Positions 50,594 through 61,637 of a DNA stretch of 64,000 nt are shown here, in pieces. This stretch comes from Porphyridium purpureum (Eukaryota). Each line of letters begins with the position of its first letter. The stretch's first letter is position 1. The notes beneath the pieces are model-generated. The model saw nothing but the letters and a program-made list of their open reading frames with translations, did not search any database and was not told the DNA's origin. The DNA lies in the NCBI GenBank assembly GCA_008690995.1, contig VRMN01000004.1, positions 1,240,001 through 1,304,000 of the forward strand. The letters run 5' to 3'. Position numbers and translations under genes: made by a program.

Positions 50594-53470
50594 TCAGAAT
50601 TCCGCCGCCTCACGAAGCAATTCATCCAGATCATTCTCGTCCAGGTCAGGAGAAGAGCCCCAGAAGCTCACTTCGTTGAAGTTGTGCAGCTTCTGGATTT
50701 CGCCTCGAGCTTCTGGAGACAATTCTACAGTCAAGTCGGGAAACACGTCGTGGAGAAACGATGTCAGGTCTGTGTAGGTTCGACTGATTTCAAAGCTCGA
50801 GCAAAGTACCTCGAGGTCACCTTTTGGATTCACTGTAAAGATGCGCTCTGGACGGATCGAAACACTGCGGTAGCTTTTCTCGTCGGTCATGCGGTTTCCA
50901 AAGCCAGCGAAGAACGGATTCGCGGTCGGGGGGAACAAAGTCCGCACTTGCCGAAGCGCTTCAATCTTGAACTCGTCCGGTCGACGATAAATAACCTCGC
51001 GGGTGAAGCTGGCGACGAGCCGGTCAGGACTCATAATGACTGGACCGTCTGGAATCCTGTATCCGCCTTCTTGAACAATACTGCTCAAATACAAGCGCGT
51101 GCTTCCGGCCTGCCCGATAGGACGGGACGTGAGATACATCATTCTGAAACCGCGCTCCGAAATGTAAGTGAAGAGACGTGCAACGCCGATGTGGCTCCAG
51201 TCTCGGCCGACTCGGGGTAAAAGATGTCCGAGCACGTCGGACCGCGTTATCGTGCCGTCCACGTCCGAGATGCAAATAATATCATGTTCCTCCCACAGAA
51301 AGATTCGACTAGACACCGTCTGACCGTTATACAAAACTGTGAAAGATATCACGTTAGCCCCCAACTTCAGGTTCAGTTGCGCAAGCTGCTCAGAAGTCGG
51401 CGTCAGCGATTTTTTCATGTACACGTTCGTGCTGCTTCTCGATGTCGGTTGTACCTCAAACGAAACTGCTGGCTTGACTTGCACAGAAGACACATCAATC
51501 GACATCGCTTTCAGTGGTAAGGAAGCCTCTTGCTCGCGCTCTTCTTTTCGGTCACGCAGATCGAGCTCGTCTCCATCTGCTGTAGCTGATTTGTATAATT
51601 TTGGTGCGGGGACCCGTGACGCCCTCGCCACACTCGAGTCGTGCGCCTTGACGAGTTCCTTGTCGCCCATGTCTCCAGAGGATTGGTCCTGTTTTCTGAC
51701 CAGGTTTTCTTCGCCCAGAAGTTTGCTCCCGTAAGCGGCTTGTGACACACGCAAGGTCTTGGATGATCCCCGCCCAGAAGATGGGCTTCGCAGCAGACTG
51801 GGAGAAGCGCTTGATGAAATCTTTGGCATTGCTTCGCCTGCCTCCTGTAGAAGTGGCTCAAGATATGTCGCGTCTCCCTCGCCGTCCTCGTGCTGCGCCA
51901 CCGAGCTTCCACGCAGTCCAAACCAGGAAAATGTGCTCTTTTTCTTTTCCTGTTTCTTCGCCTCGCGCATCTCAAGCTCACGTTTTTGGTGACTGCGAAC
52001 TGATAGTTCCAAGCGATCAATGTCAAGCGGTGCATTAAAGCACGCCATTGACACAATCATCGGGGCTGCCACTTTCCAGTCCAACAAACGATCTTGCACG
52101 CGAAAGAGTACGTTTGGGTTCCGAAACAACATATTATACGGATCCAGAGCAAACTGAGCATAACTCACTCGATTTTCTTCGAAGATTGTCCACACCATCT
52201 CTTCAGTCATATCCTCGCTCAAAAGGTGGCGGCATTCGGACATGGGCAGCAAGCCTGCCTCCTCATCGTCATCTCCACAGTTTCGGTCACTGGACAGCAA
52301 ATCCGCAACTGCTTCACCACTGTTTGCCTCCTTCGTGACCACACCCGAACGTGGGTCGCTTAATTCGCCTGTGCTCTGGAAGTCTGAAACCCCATCATTC
52401 TGGAAAGCCTCACTCAGTTCCAAAGCTACAGAGTATCTGCGTTGAAGCCGTCGCCGATGAGGAGGCGTGAGTGGAGGTGTCCGTGGTAAGTTTTTTTCTG
52501 ACTCAGCCGGAGATTCATACAGTCCCTTGGCAGAGTCATCGTTCCGGTCGGACCGGCCGTGTACGATTTGTCGCTGTTGACAAAGATCCTGAACAAATGA
52601 CGTACTAGTGGTTAAGGAGCGACCTTCTTTGTCTTGCCGTGACGCTGTCGACGCCGGAAGAGGCTCTCCCTGGATAGCATAGTAGAGAGCTGCGTGGATG
52701 TCGCTGTTACTGCCTGTACGTTGATGTTGCAATGCTTGAAGCGAAGGTTCAGGCCTCTCATATCCCGAGTGGAGGTCCAATGCATCCATGGCACGCTTCG
52801 AGTAAATCTGCTGTAGCTCTTGATCCTCATTTTCAAGCGCGCGTCCAATCTCTTCGCATTCTTCCGCACTTGTGACAGGATCGTGCTCAGACATTTTCTG
52901 TGGCTTCGAAGGCGCCAGGCTCAGAATAGGAGGTTCCCATGATCGACGGGAAGAGATAGGATCATTACCATGTCCTTCTGCAATCTCGTGTGCACTAAGA
53001 TCCAACGTGACCAGCTCCTTGCAATCGAAAGCTCCAGCTTCCTGTCCACTCAACGAATCATGAGCTATGTTTGATGTTTGTGCAGTACCAAGCGCCCCGA
53101 CAGCGTCTGCGGAGCCTGTATCCCGACCCATTCTGTCGCCAAACGAGTCCATCTTTGTCGGCGACATGACTGGCGATGGCATTTCGCTCTGTGATGGCGG
53201 TACATCAGTCTCCATGACAAAATACGCCTCGCCAGCCGATCCCAACGTGAGTTGCAGACTGGTCGGCTCCCCGTCTAGCTGCACGGACACCAGCTTCTCC
53301 CTGGAACGGAGTAGCCGCAGCTTGCCGAAACGAACATGGAATGGCGTCGAGTGGAGCGTTCCATCTGCCCGGCGCACCACGATGACATCCATTGCACCAG
53401 TCAGCGTTGCTGCGTTCAGGTCCAACGCTGACGACACCGCCGAGAAGAATTTGCCCACGTACGTCGTCAT
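50594..53470 (-). CDS. PAH1: Lipin / PAH1 phosphatidate phosphatase
   Basis: N-LIP TLTGAMDVIVV...TPFHVRFGK; LNS2 domain ISDVDGTITRSDVLGH, GFGNR.TD. Confidence 0.96.
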   Translation of the reverse strand: MTTYVGKFFSAVSSALDLNAATLTGAMDVIVVRRADGTLHSTPFHVRFGKLRLLRSREKLVSVQLDGEPTSLQLTLGSAGEAYFVMETDVPPSQSEMPSPVMSPTKMDSFGDRMGRDTGSADAVGALGTAQTSNIAHDSLSGQEAGAFDCKELVTLDLSAHEIAEGHGNDPISSRRSWEPPILSLAPSKPQKMSEHDPVTSAEECEEIGRALENEDQELQQIYSKRAMDALDLHSGYERPEPSLQALQHQRTGSNSDIHAALYYAIQGEPLPASTASRQDKEGRSLTTSTSFVQDLCQQRQIVHGRSDRNDDSAKGLYESPAESEKNLPRTPPLTPPHRRRLQRRYSVALELSEAFQNDGVSDFQSTGELSDPRSGVVTKEANSGEAVADLLSSDRNCGDDDEEAGLLPMSECRHLLSEDMTEEMVWTIFEENRVSYAQFALDPYNMLFRNPNVLFRVQDRLLDWKVAAPMIVSMACFNAPLDIDRLELSVRSHQKRELEMREAKKQEKKKSTFSWFGLRGSSVAQHEDGEGDATYLEPLLQEAGEAMPKISSSASPSLLRSPSSGRGSSKTLRVSQAAYGSKLLGEENLVRKQDQSSGDMGDKELVKAHDSSVARASRVPAPKLYKSATADGDELDLRDRKEEREQEASLPLKAMSIDVSSVQVKPAVSFEVQPTSRSSTNVYMKKSLTPTSEQLAQLNLKLGANVISFTVLYNGQTVSSRIFLWEEHDIICISDVDGTITRSDVLGHLLPRVGRDWSHIGVARLFTYISERGFRMMYLTSRPIGQAGSTRLYLSSIVQEGGYRIPDGPVIMSPDRLVASFTREVIYRRPDEFKIEALRQVRTLFPPTANPFFAGFGNRMTDEKSYRSVSIRPERIFTVNPKGDLEVLCSSFEISRTYTDLTSFLHDVFPDLTVELSPEARGEIQKLHNFNEVSFWGSSPDLDENDLDELLREAAEF

Positions 53471-53714
53471 CGTGAACTCCGTGGTCTACCCTTACACAGC
53501 GCACTTTCTGGCTCATCTAGTCCTCCCTCTCCGTGGTGCCGCGATGCTCAAGAGCTAGCTCCACAGAAACCGTTCTCGCTGTGTGGCTTGGCCACGAAAA
53601 AGTTCGGCCTTGCGCGCGAATGGGGCTTGTGAAAATTCTCGACAAGGGCTGGCCAGGGACTGTACGGCTGGTATCGGCAAAGCAGTCCGATCGGCGAGGC
53701 AGAAGAAGCCGTAG

Positions 53715-55994
53715 ATGAAAGAGAACATGCGAAAGAGAAGCAAGTGCAAACAAACGCAGGAGATCCTGGATGATATAGCGCAGTATGTTCGGTCCCGCCC
53801 GCATTTGCATGATGTGCTCCCGCTCGAGGACCTGGAAATGCTTCAGACCGTATGGAACGAAGTAGAGGATGGTGTTGTGTCCGTTGCAGACGTGCTTACG
53901 TTCAAGCGGTACGCGCAGCTACTGAATACTGAGCAATATCGCCACATTGTGCATGCGTTGGTGTCCGAGCTTCGCGTTGCTCTGTGCGAGCGTCCACCGG
54001 GCCTGATCGCAAGGGACCAGATGTTGCCAGACGACTGGTACACGGAGCCGTGGTATACAGTCTTTGTGCAGTACTTTGGCACATCATCCGAATTAAGCTC
54101 ACCTGCATCTGCGATGCCGCAAAGCGAGTTCGTAAACCGAGAGACACCCAGCGCTTCGTCCAGAGCAACGTTTAGTGAGCTTGAAGGCATGCTTCCGTAT
54201 TTGAGCTGGCTGGGCTACAGAAATCTTCTTGTTCTTGCTCACTATGAGAGCCCCATGGGAGACGGCGGGTACGATCCTTCCAGCTACACTCCACGTGCAG
54301 ATCTTGGTGGTGACGCAGGGTGGAACAACTTTATGTCCGCTGCGAATGAGCAAGGATTCCGAATCGCCACGGACGCCATCTTTAATCACGTGTCGATCGA
54401 GCATGAATGGTTTCAGCGTGCTTGTGCCGGGTCCGATCACTATCGTGGCTACTTTTTAGAGCGCAATGACCGTGAGAAAATCGACGAGATCAACCAGGAC
54501 GGTGACATTATTTGTGTATACGAGTACACTAACAGCGGAATTTTGGAAAGACAGATATGCAACTTTCCCGAAGTTGACCGGACACATGGCCTTTGGACCG
54601 TCATCAAGGGCGAGACGTTTCAATTCTATCGTTCATTCTATCCTTTTCAAGTCGACCTGAATCTTCAAAGTCCAGAGGTGCTCCGGGAAGTATTTGCAGT
54701 AATTCGAAGGGAGCTCAATGATGGCACGCTTGCAAAACGTCTTGACGCCGTTCCTCACTGGATCAAGAAAATTGGATACGCAAGTGACGGCCTGCCGGAG
54801 ACGTTTGCGCTACTGGAAATGATTGGGCTTTTCATGACACGGATCTGTCCACATGCCATAGTACTACCAGAGGTGGTTCGGGGCATGAACCTTGCGCGCG
54901 CGTATGCCGGGAATGCTGCCGGTAGCACGGACAAAGAGGCACTTACGAGCAAGCGCCTGCTCTTCAATTTTGAGATGCAAGCTGCCATTCGTTATGGTTG
55001 CTATTTTGGAACAGCGCGGTCGCTCGTTGACTGCTTGAGGAAGGCGACTCGAGATGCGACCACCGCTCTGCCTGAGGGCGCCTACTGGGTAAATCTCATC
55101 GATCACCACGACGAAATTTTTGTCGGCTTTTTCAGACCAGAGGACAGGATGTCTGCGCAAAGATTTCTCAGGAGTCGGAACGCTGTTGTCTGCAAAAATG
55201 GGCTTGGAGCTGTCCAGCGGATTGCCGACTCGCTAAATTTTATATCCGAAAGAATCGCGCTTGGTCTCTTTTCCATGTATGTACTGCCAGGAGTTCCCAT
55301 GCTATACTATGGAACAGAACTTGCGGTTGGCGAGGACCCTGCACACGTCAAGTACATGCAAACGTCCAGAGCCCGAATCTTTGAGCGTTTGGGTGTCACG
55401 CGGCTGTCAGCTGAAATGGAGAATAGCCACACTAGCGCGATGCTGTTTTCTGATCCCCGCGAGAAGATGCGAGGTCCCATTCCCCGAAAGCGGTTCTCTG
55501 ACACCCTTGAGCGAGCGACTCATGGCAAAGACCTACTTTTGCTTCTACTTCGCAGGCTGAATCGGCTGCGAGATGTGCACTGTGCCTTCAAAGCTTCTGC
55601 TCGCGTCTGCGAAGTACGCGCGAACGCAGATTGTGTTCTCGCTGTCTATCGAGAACCCTCATCGGACGGTGAGTCGCTTCTGTGCGTTGCAAATTTTGCG
55701 GACTCGGGCGTCAGCACTAGATTGTCTGGCTTTCCGTGGGTTGAACGTGGCGGTCATGCTTCTTTGCACAACACCGTGCACTTTCGCGATCTCCTACAGT
55801 ACACGATGTTGAGAAGTCAAGTTCGTACGACAGATGGTGCGCATTCAGAGATGCTGCCGGATGCGAACGTCGATGGGCACATTGAATACATATGGCCCGA
55901 CAGCCCATGTACCCCGGCATCGCAGCTTCCTAGCGAGAGCTACATAGAGCTCGACCTGGACGCACACGCCGTGCATGTGCTTACTCGTATTTAA
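53715..55994 (+). CDS. GH13 trehalose synthase (TreS)/amylosucrase-like enzyme
   Basis: SPMGDGGYD, DAIFNHVSIEHEWF, FYPFQVDLN, RLDAVP, LPEV, HHDE, PGVPMLYYGTE. Confidence 0.8.
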   Translation: MKENMRKRSKCKQTQEILDDIAQYVRSRPHLHDVLPLEDLEMLQTVWNEVEDGVVSVADVLTFKRYAQLLNTEQYRHIVHALVSELRVALCERPPGLIARDQMLPDDWYTEPWYTVFVQYFGTSSELSSPASAMPQSEFVNRETPSASSRATFSELEGMLPYLSWLGYRNLLVLAHYESPMGDGGYDPSSYTPRADLGGDAGWNNFMSAANEQGFRIATDAIFNHVSIEHEWFQRACAGSDHYRGYFLERNDREKIDEINQDGDIICVYEYTNSGILERQICNFPEVDRTHGLWTVIKGETFQFYRSFYPFQVDLNLQSPEVLREVFAVIRRELNDGTLAKRLDAVPHWIKKIGYASDGLPETFALLEMIGLFMTRICPHAIVLPEVVRGMNLARAYAGNAAGSTDKEALTSKRLLFNFEMQAAIRYGCYFGTARSLVDCLRKATRDATTALPEGAYWVNLIDHHDEIFVGFFRPEDRMSAQRFLRSRNAVVCKNGLGAVQRIADSLNFISERIALGLFSMYVLPGVPMLYYGTELAVGEDPAHVKYMQTSRARIFERLGVTRLSAEMENSHTSAMLFSDPREKMRGPIPRKRFSDTLERATHGKDLLLLLLRRLNRLRDVHCAFKASARVCEVRANADCVLAVYREPSSDGESLLCVANFADSGVSTRLSGFPWVERGGHASLHNTVHFRDLLQYTMLRSQVRTTDGAHSEMLPDANVDGHIEYIWPDSPCTPASQLPSESYIELDLDAHAVHVLTRI

Positions 55995-56069
55995 AATCTA
56001 CAAAATAGAACGGCAGATAACATGAAAGTCTTGGGTACGGGTTGCGGCTCTGAAGCCACGCGACAGGTA

Positions 56070-57872
56070 TCACTGTCCCTTGTAGTCCACCAAGCGATGA
56101 TTGCGACCTCGTCCGACACCGCCCATGTCCTCATCTTCTTGCCGTCGAGATCGAGCGGCCTGATAGCTCAAACTCAAGTCGAGTCGTCGACCGAGTTCAT
56201 GCAATCCGCCGTACGCCTTGATACCATTTAAAAGATCCGTGCGTCCCGCAGATTTGATTTGCGATATTGTGGGCAGAATTTCGATGCCCACTTCGCGCAT
56301 AAATGCCCGCAAATCACTTTCAAACACTTCAAAGTCTGCGTACCGCCGCATAGCGCCACGACGTTTCAGTCGAAGCCCCAACACTTTCGACGCTATGCGG
56401 TATCCGCCGAATAAGCGTACTGCGTAACAGAGATCACCGCGCCCTGCGGCTCGAAGTTCGTGCTCATTCGGCATGACATCCTTGTCCAGCCTTTGCTGCC
56501 GAGTGAATTCTCTCAATTCTTGCGCCAAGGTTTCCGCGTCCAATCCTTTGCTTTTCTCTGGCGGCGAAAGCGCAATCCCTCGGTTTGCGTCTGCGTTTTG
56601 GTCGGATTGAAGATCATGTTTCGCGCGTCCACTGTCGCCTATTTGCCCCTGATCAGCCGCCAAAGAGCGTTCATTTACAGTGACCAGACGTCCGCGTCTA
56701 GTCACAGTTCGCTTCAGCTTCAGAATCCGTCGCACACGTGCAACACCGCCGTGAGAGACTCGAATGGCCTGAATAATATCATCCCGCTTTTCGCGCTTGA
56801 GCAGCATCATTCCGGGAAAGTCTTCGGGAGACAGACCATACGCTTTGTTGAACCTTTCAATTGCGCTCTGGAGGACCCCCAAATCCAATAGCTCCTCCTG
56901 CGTGAAGAAATCACCACTCGCCTGCAAATGGCGATCCTCTTGTGCCACTTCCATGGCAATCAGGCTCTCAAGCCAAGCTTCACGAGAGACACCAGTATCA
57001 AGACCATGAACCCACGTATCAAATAGGTTGCAAAAGCTGCGCGCATCATCGTGCGTTTCGAGAGGAAGCAGAGACAGCAACATCGCCGAACTGGCGAACA
57101 TTGATGACGCGCCAAGGAGCATCTGCATTCTCTTGACCGCTCCTTCAGACTTCGAGAGGGCTGCAGTAGCATAGAATGAACCAAACTTGGAGAGTTTTAA
57201 AGCGAGAAGCGGCGGCTCGTCTTCCCTGCCTTTCGAAGCAGGTTCCGGACAGATCAATACTGCGTTCATTCGCTCAAGAATTGCGGGAATGTGCTGCTCC
57301 ATAGCCCCGAGCATGCGATAATAGCCTCTTGTCGCAGCACGCACAGGACGTCCGAGTAGAAGTATACTGCTGTACGACTCAAACGATTGCGGGAGCCGCT
57401 TGAGCTCCTCTAGGTTCCGCACCTCCATCCAGGTTTCTATTTCCACCGTGGACAGGCGATTCAAGCCGATGGACTCGACGTCAGCAGGCCATGCCAGAAC
57501 GCGCGCTCCGAGAAGCAGTTCTTCTTGCGCCGCAGTTTCCAGAACCAACAAAATCTTTCGCCGAGACTGAGGCGACTGCGTGTGCTTTTTTTGGCTTGCG
57601 CCACGCGCGTGTGCGTCACGTGCTGCGGCCCTAATCACAGCGCCTCCACGCTGAATCGCTGGACACTTCCTTCCGCAAGGCCTCCGTTGCCTGATGTGCG
57701 ACGCCGGCAAATGGTATCGCGGAATCGAGTGCCGGCATCGGTGCGACGCGGGCCTCGCGGCGTCACAGCTGTGAACCGCGCCTCCTTGCGCAACTTTCCA
57801 AATCCTGACGCTGCATCCCGCATCCACAAACTGTACGCAGGGATGCCGGTGCTGCGAGTCCGCGAGCGCCAT
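56070..57872 (-). CDS. Protein with tandem helical 'P...L...GR.DL..AI...GG' repeats, possible transit peptide
   Basis: Three repeats near the C-terminus, e.g. MPNEHELRAAGRGDLCYAVRLFGGY and LPTISQIKSAGRTDLLNGIKAYGGL. Confidence 0.7.
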   Translation of the reverse strand: MALADSQHRHPCVQFVDAGCSVRIWKVAQGGAVHSCDAARPASHRCRHSIPRYHLPASHIRQRRPCGRKCPAIQRGGAVIRAAARDAHARGASQKKHTQSPQSRRKILLVLETAAQEELLLGARVLAWPADVESIGLNRLSTVEIETWMEVRNLEELKRLPQSFESYSSILLLGRPVRAATRGYYRMLGAMEQHIPAILERMNAVLICPEPASKGREDEPPLLALKLSKFGSFYATAALSKSEGAVKRMQMLLGASSMFASSAMLLSLLPLETHDDARSFCNLFDTWVHGLDTGVSREAWLESLIAMEVAQEDRHLQASGDFFTQEELLDLGVLQSAIERFNKAYGLSPEDFPGMMLLKREKRDDIIQAIRVSHGGVARVRRILKLKRTVTRRGRLVTVNERSLAADQGQIGDSGRAKHDLQSDQNADANRGIALSPPEKSKGLDAETLAQELREFTRQQRLDKDVMPNEHELRAAGRGDLCYAVRLFGGYRIASKVLGLRLKRRGAMRRYADFEVFESDLRAFMREVGIEILPTISQIKSAGRTDLLNGIKAYGGLHELGRRLDLSLSYQAARSRRQEDEDMGGVGRGRNHRLVDYKGQ

Positions 57873-58138
57873 CGCGCCTGCCGCCTCGTTCTGGCGGCAC
57901 GCACGACTCCACCAGCTCCCCTGTCGCGCGGCTGTCGCGCGCTACGCCACCAACCCACCCGAGCTGTACTCGCACTACTGTACCGATCACTACTGTACCC
58001 CTCCGAGATCTGCGCATTCGTTGCGCATCCCGGAGCAATCTCGCGTGCGCCCAAGTCGATCGATGTTGAGCGTGGAGGTGGAGCTGTGGATTGGGGGGTT
58101 CAAGGCAAGCGCGCGCACAGATACGTCCACGCAGATAT

Positions 58139-58198
58139 ATACACGCACGCACGCACGTACACACACCCACACACACACACCCACACACATACACACAC
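58139..58198. repeat. Compound (CGCA)n/(CA)n microsatellite
   Basis: Direct reading; lies in a divergent intergenic region. Confidence 0.85.
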
Positions 58199-58317
58199 TT
58201 GTGTCGTTCGTGCGCCACGCAGTCCGTGCGGGAATCCGGCAGTTGTGCGCGCGGGCTGGTGGGGCTGCGCCGACACATGGGTGGCTCTGCCGCAACATCA
58301 CTGCCGTGCGTTGAGTG

Positions 58318-59724
58318 ATGAGAGCGCGCGTCATCTCCAGTGCGAGATGTTTGGCATGGCGTCTGGATCGCGCATGGGCTTGGAACCGCGTGCAGCAGAT
58401 CTCCAGCGCTCGCGCGCTTCGTGCTCCGGCGCCTGTGGGCGATGGCGCTGCGCGTTGGACATCACGCCACGTGACTTGGTACAGCGGCGTCGAGCTGCGT
58501 CGATCGGAAGGTAGAGACGGGTGCCGCACCCACGCAAGATGTACATTAGATGCGTGCAGAAGGTGCTCCCTTGGCGCACTATCTGAGCGCCAACCGTGCG
58601 CACATTCAGAGACGTGCACAACGAGTCCAGGAATTCAGGCGGTTGTGAGTTTGTCCGCGCCGTGGAATTCGAATGGCGTGGTCCGCGGCAAGCGGCCGTT
58701 TTCCAGCTCGGGAAAGCAAGACTTGAAGAGCGCATCGGAACCTTCGAAAGGATGCGGCTCGTCCGCGGCTTTGAACACAAACGAGGGACAGGAGGACGAG
58801 ACGTCAAGAAGCCGCTTGACTTCGACCGTTTCCTCAGGTAGAATGGAGGCCGACGGACATAAGGCCCGAATGGAAAATCACTCGATTCTCCGCACAGTAG
58901 CGCACAAGGTTGCGTACATCGGGGCCGGAATCACAGCTGGGTTTCTGGGATCGCTGGTTGGGCTGGGTGGGGGTATATGGTTGGTTCCGCTGTTGGTTTT
59001 CCTTGGTTTGCCGCAACAGCAAGCACATGGCACGTCCATGGTAGCTGTTTCTGGGACTTCCCTGATGGCCGCCTTTATTTACTCGATGGGAGGCATGGCT
59101 GACCCGTCCGCGGCCTTGGTTGTGGCCTCAGCCGCTTTGTTCACGGCATATCTAGGTGCAAAGACAACGGCAGGAATGGATCCGAACCATCTCCGTCGAA
59201 GATTTGGTTGGTATCTTGTATTTGCGTCCGCCCTAATGCCGCTGCGACCTTTTCTTTCGGCAAAAATCAACAATTACACGTCCGCAGGCAATGATGAAAA
59301 GGACTGGGACACGTCGTGGGAGGTATCTTCTATCGTGGAAAATCTTGAAAGCTGGACAATCGTGCAGTGGACTGGGATTCTGACCACAGGGGCTGTCGCC
59401 GGTTTCGTGTCGGGTTTGCTCGGTGTCGGAGGTGGGACCGTGGTGATCCCTGCTCTTGGTCTGATTGCAGGTATGCCTCAACAGCTGGCTCAAGGTACCG
59501 CGCTTCTCGGGCTCTGTATTCCCACATTGGTTGGGAGCGCGACACACTTCCGGAAGGGGAACGTGAAGAGCGACGTCTTCCCATTCCTCGTTGCCGGCTC
59601 TTTTGTCGGTGGGTACCTGGGCAGCCAGCTGGCGTTGGATATTCCAGAGGACTTGCTGCGATACTGCTTTTCAGCAGCTCTGATGGTCATGGGTCTCTAC
59701 CAAGCTCTTGGCCGAGCCCGGTAG
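58318..59724 (+). CDS. TauE/SafE (TSUP) family transporter with long N-terminal presequence
   Basis: Duplicated G..AG....L.G.GGG...VP.L....PQQ.A.GT motif; about 8 TM segments. Confidence 0.9.
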   Translation: MRARVISSARCLAWRLDRAWAWNRVQQISSARALRAPAPVGDGAARWTSRHVTWYSGVELRRSEGRDGCRTHARCTLDACRRCSLGALSERQPCAHSETCTTSPGIQAVVSLSAPWNSNGVVRGKRPFSSSGKQDLKSASEPSKGCGSSAALNTNEGQEDETSRSRLTSTVSSGRMEADGHKARMENHSILRTVAHKVAYIGAGITAGFLGSLVGLGGGIWLVPLLVFLGLPQQQAHGTSMVAVSGTSLMAAFIYSMGGMADPSAALVVASAALFTAYLGAKTTAGMDPNHLRRRFGWYLVFASALMPLRPFLSAKINNYTSAGNDEKDWDTSWEVSSIVENLESWTIVQWTGILTTGAVAGFVSGLLGVGGGTVVIPALGLIAGMPQQLAQGTALLGLCIPTLVGSATHFRKGNVKSDVFPFLVAGSFVGGYLGSQLALDIPEDLLRYCFSAALMVMGLYQALGRAR

Positions 59725-60020
59725 CGCAAATCGCAAAACAAAACAAAACAAAAAAACCAAAAAAAAAAAAAAAAACCGAACAAGGAAGAGAAAACCCAAA
59801 AACAAATATATTTATTCTTGATTCATTGCCTTCGCCCCAGGATTCACCGGCACTCGTTCCGCGTGTCGTATCGTGGCCCAGCCCACCACGAGCCACGACA
59901 CTCTGCAAGGCAGCGAATCTTGTATCCGCTTTGTCCTTTCACCCGAAATTGGGGTCACGGACCTCATGCGCATCGCGCGAAACCGGGGAACGCTTCTGGT
60001 CTGAGAGTGGCGTGGTGGCG

Positions 60021-61493
60021 ATGGGTGGACGAGGGAGGAGTGATGCGACCCAGAGTTTCGCAGTAGGTTGGCTGACGCTTGCTGTGTTACTAGGATGCAT
60101 CACTGCAGTCGGAGAAAGCCTTCCTGTGGAACAAGCGGCAGCGCCGATGGTACGCGCAGAATGCTCGCACGGGCAATGCGCAAACGAATTCATTGTCCTG
60201 CTTGACATGTGGGAACGGCTCGTCAACTTTCGCTCCGGCCTGATCCATATGATGTATGCGAGCATGGACGCTGGCTTCGTGGTAGTCGCTCCGTTCGTTC
60301 ACCAGACAAAAGTGTCCAGGATGTTCAGCTTGCCGCACCACTTTCTGGAACGGCGCATGAAAGTAACGCCTCTCGATACGTACTTTGATGTTGACACGGT
60401 GCGACACATTGTACCAGTTGCTGACTTCGAGGACTGGGCTGGACGGACCAAGAAATTTCTCCGCGGAAACGAGTGGAGAGTCGTGTCCGTGGTTTCCGCT
60501 CTGGTCAAGTTTGGCTACTCCGGTATCACGATATCAAATGGGACCGAGCCGTACGCCTGGTGCGACGACGCGGATGTCGAAAACGATGTTGGAATTCGGA
60601 ATCGCCGCGGCCAAATCGAACATTTGGATGCGGGAAAATACCGCGCTCTGACTAAGCATGTGGTTTACGAGCGCATCGTCTGCGTAGATGGCAGAACCGT
60701 AAGCGGCGAGTCGATCACAAAAGAGCATTTTCGCAAGCTTTTCCAGTTCGTTCGAGATGGCGTCAGCGATCCCGATATGCCAATAACGCTGGCATTCGGA
60801 AATTATCGCAAAGAAGCATACGTGGAGTACGCCTACAGAACTGCCAAGACTCTTGCCCCAAAATTCAACTCGAAGAATATTCTAAGCGACAGCTTGGGCC
60901 TCTCAAAGCTTGCGTACACGCAGGCAGATCGGTTTATCGAAAGCAAGATGGGAGGCTCACCGGCTTACATCGCTGTGCATTTCCGCGCAGGCAAAACTAT
61001 GGATCGGGTTCAGACATCTGACTTTTCGGGAGAATACTTCAAACAATGGGGAGAGTGGTGCTTGCGGCAACTCCATGAGGAAGTCCAAAAAATCCAGCGC
61101 GAACATCCGGACACAAACTTCTCGTTCTACGTTGCGACGGACCTACTCAACGACGGCATGCGAGGAGGTGAAGCTCCGCGAGGGCTGGCGATTGCGGCCG
61201 TGCTTAAAGCTTTGCATGAAAATCTTTTCAGCTACTTCCCAGGGGCCGCAACACTGGATTCCAATACCGATCTTCACGACGTCGGCGCCGACACGATGGG
61301 AATGGCATCGTTGACGGATTTGTCGATGAGCGTCAAAGCAACGCACTTCGTTTCGCAATTGGACAGCTTCTCCAAAATGGTAGGGTGGGAACGCCAGCGG
61401 CTGAACCTATCGCCTTCGCATATTCGCGGCTGCGCTCACTCTATTCAAGATGCGCGCGAGCGCCGTTACGACTTTCCTCCCGCACGCGCATAG
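60021..61493 (+). CDS. O-fucosyltransferase-like glycosyltransferase
   Basis: N-terminal TM/signal; VVAPFV, PLDTYFDV, YIAVHFR, FYVATD, DL.MSVKATHF...SFS. Confidence 0.7.
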   Translation: MGGRGRSDATQSFAVGWLTLAVLLGCITAVGESLPVEQAAAPMVRAECSHGQCANEFIVLLDMWERLVNFRSGLIHMMYASMDAGFVVVAPFVHQTKVSRMFSLPHHFLERRMKVTPLDTYFDVDTVRHIVPVADFEDWAGRTKKFLRGNEWRVVSVVSALVKFGYSGITISNGTEPYAWCDDADVENDVGIRNRRGQIEHLDAGKYRALTKHVVYERIVCVDGRTVSGESITKEHFRKLFQFVRDGVSDPDMPITLAFGNYRKEAYVEYAYRTAKTLAPKFNSKNILSDSLGLSKLAYTQADRFIESKMGGSPAYIAVHFRAGKTMDRVQTSDFSGEYFKQWGEWCLRQLHEEVQKIQREHPDTNFSFYVATDLLNDGMRGGEAPRGLAIAAVLKALHENLFSYFPGAATLDSNTDLHDVGADTMGMASLTDLSMSVKATHFVSQLDSFSKMVGWERQRLNLSPSHIRGCAHSIQDARERRYDFPPARA

Positions 61494-61637
61494 AGGTAGC
61501 TTGGATAGCGGCAACGACGCTCTGTTACTCACACCTGATTTCTGGATCAATTAGCACCGGCTTCCTCGTCATGGTGATTCCACTTTTCGCTTCTTCTACT
61601 TAGCTATGCCTTGACCCACCCAAAACTCTCCCTTTTC

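Noticed and set aside
59733..59775. A-rich tract as a retroelement poly(A) tail
   Set aside because: No target-site duplication or element body seen; it directly follows the TauE stop codon
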